Source: Mobula hypostoma (Eukaryota). Taken from it: a stretch of 64,000 nucleotides of DNA. The position numbers and the translations under genes are program-made. The notes under the pieces are model-generated. The model saw only the letters and a program-made list of their open reading frames with translations, was not told the DNA's origin and did not search any database. This document shows, piece by piece, positions 55,765 to 64,000 of the stretch; positions within the stretch are counted from its first letter, which is position 1; each line of letters starts with the position of its first letter. The stretch lies in contig NC_086110.1 of assembly GCF_963921235.1 (NCBI RefSeq), forward strand, positions 44,640,001 to 44,704,000, read 5' to 3'.

Positions 55765-58700
55765 ACCATAAGGCTACAAGACGCAAGAGCAGAATTAGGC
55801 CATTTCATCTCATCCGCCATTTCATCATGGCTGATCCATTTCCCTTTCAGTCCCATCCTCCTGCCTTCTCTACATAGCCTTTCACGCCCTGACAAATCAA
55901 GAAGTTATCACCCTCGAACTTAAATGCAACCAATGACCTGGCCTCTACAGCCATCTGTGGCAACAAATTCCACAGATTCACCACCCTTTGGTTGAAAGAA
56001 ATTCTTCCTCTGTTCTAAATGGACATTTCCTTGTTCTGAGGCTGTGCCCTCTAGTCCTAGACTCTCCCCTCCAAAGGACACATCCTCGTCCCATCCACTC
56101 TATCTTGGCCTTTCAACATTCAATAGGTTTCAGTGAGACACCCCTCATTCTTCTAAATGTCAGTGAATCAATGCCTAGTTCTTCAATCATTGTTCATATG
56201 GTAACCCTTTCATTCCCAGAATCATTCTCGTGAACCTCTTCTGAACTCTCTCCAATGTCAGCACATCCTTTCTCAAACAAGGGGCCCAAAACTGCTCACA
56301 ATACTCCAAGTGAGGCCTCACCAGTGTCTTATAAAGCTTCAGCATTACACCCTTGCTTTTATATTCTAGTCCTCTTGAAATGAATGCCAGCATTGCATTC
56401 ACCTTCCTCACCACCAATTCAACCTGCAAATTAACCTTTAGGGAATCCTGCACAAGGACTCCCAAATTCCTTTGCATCTCATATTTTTAAATTTTCTCCC
56501 CATTTAGAAAATAGTCTGTGCTTTTATTACTTCTACCAAAGTGCACGTCTATAAATTTTCCTACACTATATTTCATCTGCCACCTCTTTGCCCTTTCTCA
56601 ACCTGTTTCCTCAACACCACCTGCCCCTCCACTTATCTTCGTATCATCCACAAACTTGGTCACAAAGCCATCAATTTCATCAACCAAAAGTTGACAAACA
56701 ATGTGAAAAGAAGTGATCCCATCACAGACTCCTGTGGAAGACAACTAGTCACCGGTAGCCAATCCAAAAAGGATCCCTTTATTTCCACTCTTTGCCTCTT
56801 GCCAATTAGCCAATGCTCTAACCATGCTTGTATCTTTCCTGTAATACAGGGGCTTTTATCTTGTTTAACAGCCTCATGTGCAGCACCTTGTCAAAACCCA
56901 AGTACACAACATCCACCAATTCTCATTTGTCTGTCCTGCTTGTTATTTCTTCAAAGAATTCCAACAGATTTGTCAGGCAAGATTTTCTCCTAAGGACACC
57001 ATGCTGACTTTGGCCTATTTTGTCATATGCCTCCAAGAACCCCAAAACCTCAACAATCAATTCCAACATTGTCCCAACTACTGAGGTCAGACTAACTGAC
57101 ATATAATTTTCTTTCTTCTGCTTCCTTCACTTCTTCAAGAGTGGAGTGATATTTGCAATTTTCCAGTCCTCTCGAACCATGCCAGAATCTAGTGGTTCTT
57201 GAAAGATCATTACCAATGCCTCTACAAACTCTTCAGCTACCTCTTTTAGAACCCTGGAGTGTAGTTCATCAGGTCCAGGTGATTTATCTATCTTCAGACT
57301 TTTCAGTTTCTCGAGCACCATCTCCCTATTAATAGCAACTACACTCACTTCTGCCCCTTGACACTCTCAAACTTCCAGCATATTAGTAGTGTTTTCCACA
57401 GTAAAGACTGATGCAAAATACTTACTCAATTCATCTGCCATTTCCTTGTCCCCCCATCTCTCCAGCATCATTTTCCAACAGTTCATTATCTACTCTTTCT
57501 TCTCTTTTACTCTTTATATATCTGAAAAAAACTTTTGGTATCATTCCTGATATTATTGGCTAGCTTACCTTCATATTTCACCTTTTCCCCCCTTACATTT
57601 TTTTAGTTGCCTTCTGTTGGTTTTAAAATATTTCCCAATCCTCTAATTTCCCATTAATTTTTGCTCAATTATCTGCCATCTATTTTGTTTTTATGGTGGC
57701 TTTGATTTCCCTTGTCAGCCACGGTTGTCTCATCCTGCCTTTAGAATGCTCCCTTTTCTTTGGGATGTATTGTATGTAGCCTGTGCCTGCCGAATTGTTC
57801 CCAGAAACTCCATCCACTGCTGCTCTGGCATCATCCCTGCTCGTGTCCCCTTCCAATCAACACTTGCCAGCTCCCCTCTCACACCTCTGTAATTCTCTTT
57901 ACTCCACTGTAATACCAATACATCTGACTTTAGCTTCTCCCTCTCAAATTGCAGGGTGAATTTTATCCTATTATGATCACTGTTTCCGAACATATCTGGT
58001 TCGTCACACAAGACACAATGCAGAATTACTGATCCTCTAGTGGGCTGAACTATGAACTGCTCCAAAAAGCCCTCTCGGAGGCATTCCACGAATTCACCCC
58101 TTGGGATCCAGCATCGAACTGATTTTCCCAATCTATCTGCATATCGAAATCCCTCCCTCATGACTAATGTAGCATTGCCTTTTTGACATGTTTTTTCTAT
58201 CTCCCACTGTAATTTGTAGACCACATCCTGGCTACTGTTCGGAAGCCTGTAAGTAACTCTCATCAGCAGCTTCTTACACCTTCCCATCTTTTGTGACCTT
58301 ATTTTATTTCCGTTTTACCAGAAGAGCCACTTCTCCTCTGCCTACCAGCCTGTCCTTTCAATAGACTCTGTACCCTTGGATATTAAGCTCCCAACTCCAA
58401 TTGTCTTTTGGCCACGACTCCATGATACCCACAATGTATACCTGCCAATCTCTAACTGCACAACCTTATTTCATATACTGAATGCATTCAAATATAACAG
58501 TCCTGTATTTGACACTTTTTTCAATCTTGTCCCCATGTTACACTGCAGTTCATCCCACGACTGCAATTTTGCCCTCTCATCTACTTGTCCTTCCTGATAG
58601 TCTCACTACCTCTGTCTGTAAACCAACATCCCTATCATTCGTTTCCCATCCCCCTGCCAAATTAGTTCAAACCCTCCCGCAACAGCTCTAGCAAATCTGC

Positions 58701-58822
58701 CCAAAAAGGGTATTAGTCCCCCCTCGGGTTCAGGTGTAGCCCATCCCTTTTGTACAGGCCATACCTTCCCCAGAAGAGATCTCACTGATCCAGAAATCTG
58801 AAACGCTGCCCCTTGCACCAGT
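55765..58822 (-). mobile_element. Degenerate CR1 LINE (end of ORF1 plus fragmented ORF2)
   Basis: Fragments DKSPGPDELHSRVLKEVAEE, YKTLVRPHLEYCEQFWAP and APE remnants; homologous to 48200-51812. Confidence 0.9.
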
Positions 58823-59231
58823 TCAAAGGGAATCAGTCAAAATGGATTGGAGTGAAATATATTGTAATTTCCATTTGCAAATAGGCACACTATTGAAAAT
58901 ATCAGATACATTTTCTTATATCATGGCTTAGCAATAGATTAGTTTCAAATAACAGAATATTATCAAATAAGCATTGAAAAGGGAATATTACAAAGCTATT
59001 CAAGTTTATCAGTCATCAATTAGTACACTTTTAAACAGAGAAGACAATATAAAATTCCAGGGGATGTTATATTCCTACTGAGGTACTAATGAACAGAAAA
59101 CAATCAAACCTCAGTCTTGAGGGCAGTGTGGGAAGGAAACAACTGAACTTGAAAAAAAATTATAACTCAAGCCACAGGAAGAAAAAAGCATGAAGAGTCA
59201 AACTCCGAACAAATCTGAATTTCAGAAATTG

Positions 59232-59870
59232 TTGCAAAACACATGAAATTCTGGAGGAACAGACATCAAAGTTGCTGGTGAATGCAGCAGGCCAGGCAGC
59301 ATCTCGAGGAAGAGGTACAGTCGACGTTTCAGGCCGAGACCCTTCATCAGGACTAACTGAAGGAAGAGCTAGTAAGAGATTTGAAAGTGGGAGGGGGAGG
59401 GGGAGGGGGAGATCCAAAATGATAGGAGAAGACAGGAGGGGGAGGGATGGAGCCAAGAGCTGGACAGGTGATTGGCAAAAGGGTTATGAGAGGATCATGG
59501 GACAGGAGGCCCAGGGAGAAGGAAAGGGGGGAGGGGGGAAAAAACCCAGAGGTTGGGCAAGGGGTATAGTCAGAGGGACAGAGGGAGAAAAAGGAGAGTG
59601 AGAGAAAGAATGTGTGTATATAAATAAATAATGGATGGGGTACGAGGGGGAGGTGGGGCATTAGCTTAAGTTAGAGAAGTCAATGTTCATGCCATCAGGT
59701 TGGAGGGTACCCAGACGGAATATAAGGTGTTGTTCCTCCAACCTGAGTGTGGCTTCATCTTTACAGTAGAGGAGGCTGTGGATAGACATGTCAGAATGGG
59801 AATGGGATGTGGAATTAAAATGTGTGGCCACTGGGAGATCCTGCTTCCTCTGGCAGACAGAGCGTAGGTG
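59232..59870 (-). mobile_element. Penelope-like element 3' end with intact hammerhead motif
   Basis: The reverse complement encodes DLPVATHFNSTSHSHSDMSI...EEQHLIFRLGTLQPDGMNIDFSN (end of the GIY-YIG domain), followed by a pyrimidine-rich tract and the pLTR. Confidence 0.9.
59318..59355 (-). ncRNA. Minimal type I hammerhead ribozyme motif
   Basis: Minus strand reads UAGUC-CUGAUGA-A-GGGU(cucg)GCCU-GAAAC-GUC^GACUG: both conserved core boxes, stem II, stem I (AGUC/GACU) and a palindromic ACGU stem III. Confidence 0.8.
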
Positions 59871-62387
59871 TGCAATGCAACCAATTCTACAAGAAGCAAA
59901 GGGTTGTGTGATTATGTGTAGCCCAGAAGATACTTGGAGTTTTTAAAAGAAATGATGCAAAATTTTACTGAATTGAGTCAAGAAGCAGCATTTTCCTCAA
60001 TTAGTAGTGCAACATCAATAATACTAGAAGATCGATGTTTCTTAGAAAACATGCGGAGAGCTTAAATCTATAAATAATGTGAACATAGGAATCAATCCCG
60101 CTTTATAACAAGGGAAGGAAGTGCGGTGTATGTAAATTCTTAATGTATACATGTGACATATGCAAACATTCACACTGCAGGAGCAGAGAGTGAAATAAAC
60201 AAGTTCTCAATGTCACTAGTGATTCATTACATTCCTGGCAGATAAATTAAGAACACAAATGTATATTATAGTCAACAATGAGCAGGATGTTATCTTCAGG
60301 GTCAACAAAGGAAAATAATTATACAATAGGAAAACTGAAGCAATAGGCCAAATCAGATGTTTGGTACACTTTGAGCAGTAAATATAACAACTTAACAATA
60401 AAGCAGAAGGGGAAGTAGGTCATCCAGACTTTGTCCCTGCTTCATCTTTCAACAAAATTGTGCCTGACCCTTTACCTCAAATCTACTTTCCTGCCCAATC
60501 CCCATAAACCCAAATCCTTTAACTACCCCAAACAATAATCTTGACTTTGAATACAGTACAAATCAGAGCACTAACAATTTAATGAAGAAGAGTCCATAAA
60601 TTTGCAAGTTTAAGATAAAATGTTTCTTCAAATAAAAGTCTCAGACCCAACAAAAATGACCACCTGATGCTTTGCCCCTTCCAATATTGCCATGTAGGTC
60701 AGACCGAGGCCAAGTTTTCTGTCCTTCTCCTAAACAACTTGGCAATTTAAATCAATCAAGACCCTAGAAACTAGATGTATAGTGTAGGTTTTTGTTTTCA
60801 GCACTCTGCAATAAAAAATTGGCATTACCAGGACTAAATTGCAATTATAACCATTTCTGGAGGTTTAAATAAGATGTAATCAAACTAAAACATGCAGAAT
60901 TCTTATGGGTCTTGAATGGCTGGCCGTAGAGTTAATGATTCCTCAGGCTGTAGAATCTAGAACCCAGTGTCACAGACTCAAAACCATAGAATCATCCATT
61001 CAGGTGAGAAGAAATTTACTCACCCAGAGGATAGTGAATCTAAGGAATTCACCAGACAAGAAGGCAGTGGGGGCTCAGTCACCCAGTCGAACCATAACAG
61101 AGATTGATATATTGTTAGGTGTTAAGAGCATCAAAGGTCGGGTATTCATGCAGGGCAATGACTCCGAATCAGTACAGTACTTAAACAAAGCTCTTTCTTG
61201 ACTCACTCAAAGACTGTTTTAGGACAACCACAGGGAAAAGTTTCATTTTGAAACAAAGTCTTCACACAGAAATATGCACATTTTAAGGAATATGAAACAC
61301 TGCATTACTTTGAAGCAAACCCATCTCACATGCATTGCAGGCTTCTCAAAATATGTCAGGGCAGGTGTAACACAACAGCTGTTATGATAAAGAAAGCAAG
61401 AAGTGTTGTCACCTGAGTATGTGACAGCTGCTTTTATTGGTGGATATCCCAGTCTTTCCAAATTTGATTTTGTTGTCCTTACAGCAACCTTTTTTTTTAA
61501 ATGAATTGGTAAATGAATTTAAGATTTTAAAGTGGCAGCAACAAAAACAACAACCTGCATTTAATTAGTGCCTTTAAAAAGAGAAACAGCCTCCGGGGCA
61601 TAAGGAAAGAGATAGAAGATAGCAGGATGAGGCTTGGTTAGAGGTGGTTTTAAGGAGGATGTTAAAAAATGAGAAGTTGTGGTTGAAAGAGAGAATTGTA
61701 GACTATGGGACCCAGGAAGGTGAACATGCCTGTGGTCAATGGTAAGATGAAGTGTGGGGGGATGGGTGAAAAAATATAATCTGAGGAGAGAACTATACTG
61801 GAAGAATTTATATACTTGGCCTTGGTGAGAACCAAGAGAGGTGTAAAATTAAAGGTGTAATTTAAATCTGATATATTAGAGGGCAGGATCAAAGGGTGAG
61901 TGAGACCAGAAGGATTGGATCAAACAGGAGAGATGTGGATGAGCTGAATTTCATGTGTAATGCAGGACTGGAGGTCAGTCACAAGATCTTTGCAGAGATG
62001 GATAATCTCCAAATTGGCTGCAGTGTTTGAATCTATTATCTAAATATAGGAGGAGTATTGCAAGAAATGCATGCAATTAAATGTATAGTTTTGTGATAAT
62101 TGCTCTCCTCCAAGCCAATAGGGTTTGTTGAGCTCTCAAACTTATCTTATTTTGCTCTTTGTTAGACACCATTTTGATTGATCTCCGTAAGGATTTGCAA
62201 AGCAAACTTCCTTAAGGAGAATATTCTACATATCTTAGAATAATCCCTTCACCTATTCAATGGCAGACTTGTGATGGAATATATATAGGGTGAAAGCTAA
62301 GCTAAAGATATTACTGAGACATGGATAGTCTGCATTAGCCTGAATTGGCCATATCAACAGTGAAACTACATGCTACATCTTTTTCAG

Positions 62388-63240
62388 TGTTACGTACCCC
62401 GTAACTGGGTTGACAAACCAGCAGAAATGGAACACTCGTTGGAGTCGGTGATTACTAGAAACTAATAAAGTTTTATTAACAAAAATAAGTAATACAGTAC
62501 ACTAACCGCAAGGATATAAATGTAACAGGTTAGCAATGATAGCATACACATATACACAGACATAGGGTAATAGGAATCAACCAAGCTCTATCGCAGTCTA
62601 GGGGTAAAATGATCAGTCTTAAGGTGAAGCAGAGTTCAGTTCAGTCTAGTGTAGTTCGAAGCAATCGCTGTTGTACTGTTGGAGAGAGAGAGAGAGAGAG
62701 TGAGAGATACAGTTGAGGTTTCAGGCAAACCTTTCGATGCCTTCTGATCCCGCTGTGGTCACCGACTGTAACCCCTCCGTTCTGGATGTGACCGTTCTTC
62801 CGTGGTGAACCCGGCACCCAGGCAAGGGCGGACACACAACAGGTCCCCACCGATCGTACATTTACACCCTGTGAGCCTCTGGCCGATTCCCGCGAATCGG
62901 TCCTCCAAGCTCCCACCAACTTGTGGGGTACAATGTTCTATCCAGGGTCTCGTGGCGTGTGACTTGTGCCTTAGCAAACCCGCTATTTTTATCGCCCTGA
63001 TGGGGTATCACCTGTCTATCAAACTTCACACTTCCTATTGTCTCAGCAGGATTGTTAATGAACAGTTCAGGTTCAAAGCAAACTGTCTGTGGCAGACGCC
63101 AACATACTGAATTATGTTTCTCTCTCTCGTTATCTCTCTCTTCTCTCTTATTAGCATTTTGAATGGCTCTCCGTTGTCTCTCGTTATCTCTCTCATTAAC
63201 ATCATCCGTTCTGCAGCTCTGCTTGGCTTCACACATAACA
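62388..63240 (-). mobile_element. Solo LTR (853 bp) related to the 21.3-kb Gmr1-like element
   Basis: TG...CA termini with TCAG duplicated on both sides. The reverse complement shares the U5 end (...CCCAGTTACGGGGTACGTAACA) and the central block GTGTGTCCGCCCTTGCCTGGGTGCCGGGTTCAC with the 21281 LTR. Confidence 0.9.
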
Positions 63241-64000
63241 TCAGTTATTGGGACCAAAAAGAATGGACTCCTAATAACAATAATAATGATTATGGAATTC
63301 ATAGAGTACCTACTCTTGAGAATATGGCCAGTTTCAAACTCACTTTATCTCCTGGTGACCATCGTGCACAATGTTCTTGGACTCTAGTATGTCCTGGCAC
63401 ATGTCTTTGCATTTTAGCATACAGGATATGCTCAAATTAATGACAAGGAAGAAGAAATTTTGTAGATATTGATTCTGCAATGTTTTTGTGGGCAGTAGAA
63501 TACAGATTTGCCTGTATAGACATACGCTGGACTTTTTTATTGAGTGAAGTATTCTTTCCCTGCCTACTGGTAAGAGCAGATAGAGTCATGCAGCCTTCAG
63601 TTCCAAAATTTGTACCTCTTTTTCAGCCCCTTTTCCCATCATGCCATGCAATTACAAGTCACATTTAATGGTCACAAGATTCTACATTTCATGTATATTC
63701 TTATACAAAGGAGTTTAGTTATTTGAACTAAACTTTCAGCTGGAAGGAAACATAAATAATATTGTATTCATTAAACATTTTATAGACACCATTCGCCATA
63801 TAAAATTAGAACCACTTCACTAAGCTGGAGTGAACATGACTTATTAGATTGTCAGTGAAGTACTAAATGATTCATCTGCTCAACAGCAAATTGTGAAGCT
63901 TAGCCATACTTGCAGCAATGTATTTTTCTATCTAAATAAAGGCTAATTCTACCCAAAAAGGGTTGTATGTTGGTCCAACATACATATTCAAATAAACAAA

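Overview
Vertebrate genomic DNA, repeat-dense and mostly intronic. The repeat content suggests a cartilaginous fish, probably a ray (inference). Three coding exons of a copine gene, best matching CPNE7, lie on the minus strand at 29831-30013, 17801-17875 and 265-339. All are phase 0 with canonical AG/GT sites and are largely missed by the ORF track. I could not find exon 1 in the window. The introns contain many CR1, Rex1/Babar, L1 and Penelope-like (PLE) retroelements and two LTR retrotransposons. Highlights: (1) a PLE family whose terminal repeats carry a minimal hammerhead ribozyme, including short TSD-flanked fold-back copies whose apex or 5' end sits in the ribozyme core; (2) a young Gmr1-type Gypsy element (TCTC TSD, tRNA-Pro-like PBS) with one open 977-aa ORF, in which Gag(SCAN-like)-protease is intact and integrase/RT are reduced to in-frame, catalytically dead fragments, plus a related solo LTR; (3) a decayed Sushi/chromovirus element retaining a Tf1-type self-priming signature; (4) an L1 with a twin-priming 5' inversion; (5) a self-templated patchwork insertion in a CR1 3' UTR. 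All calls are by eye; no database searches were run.
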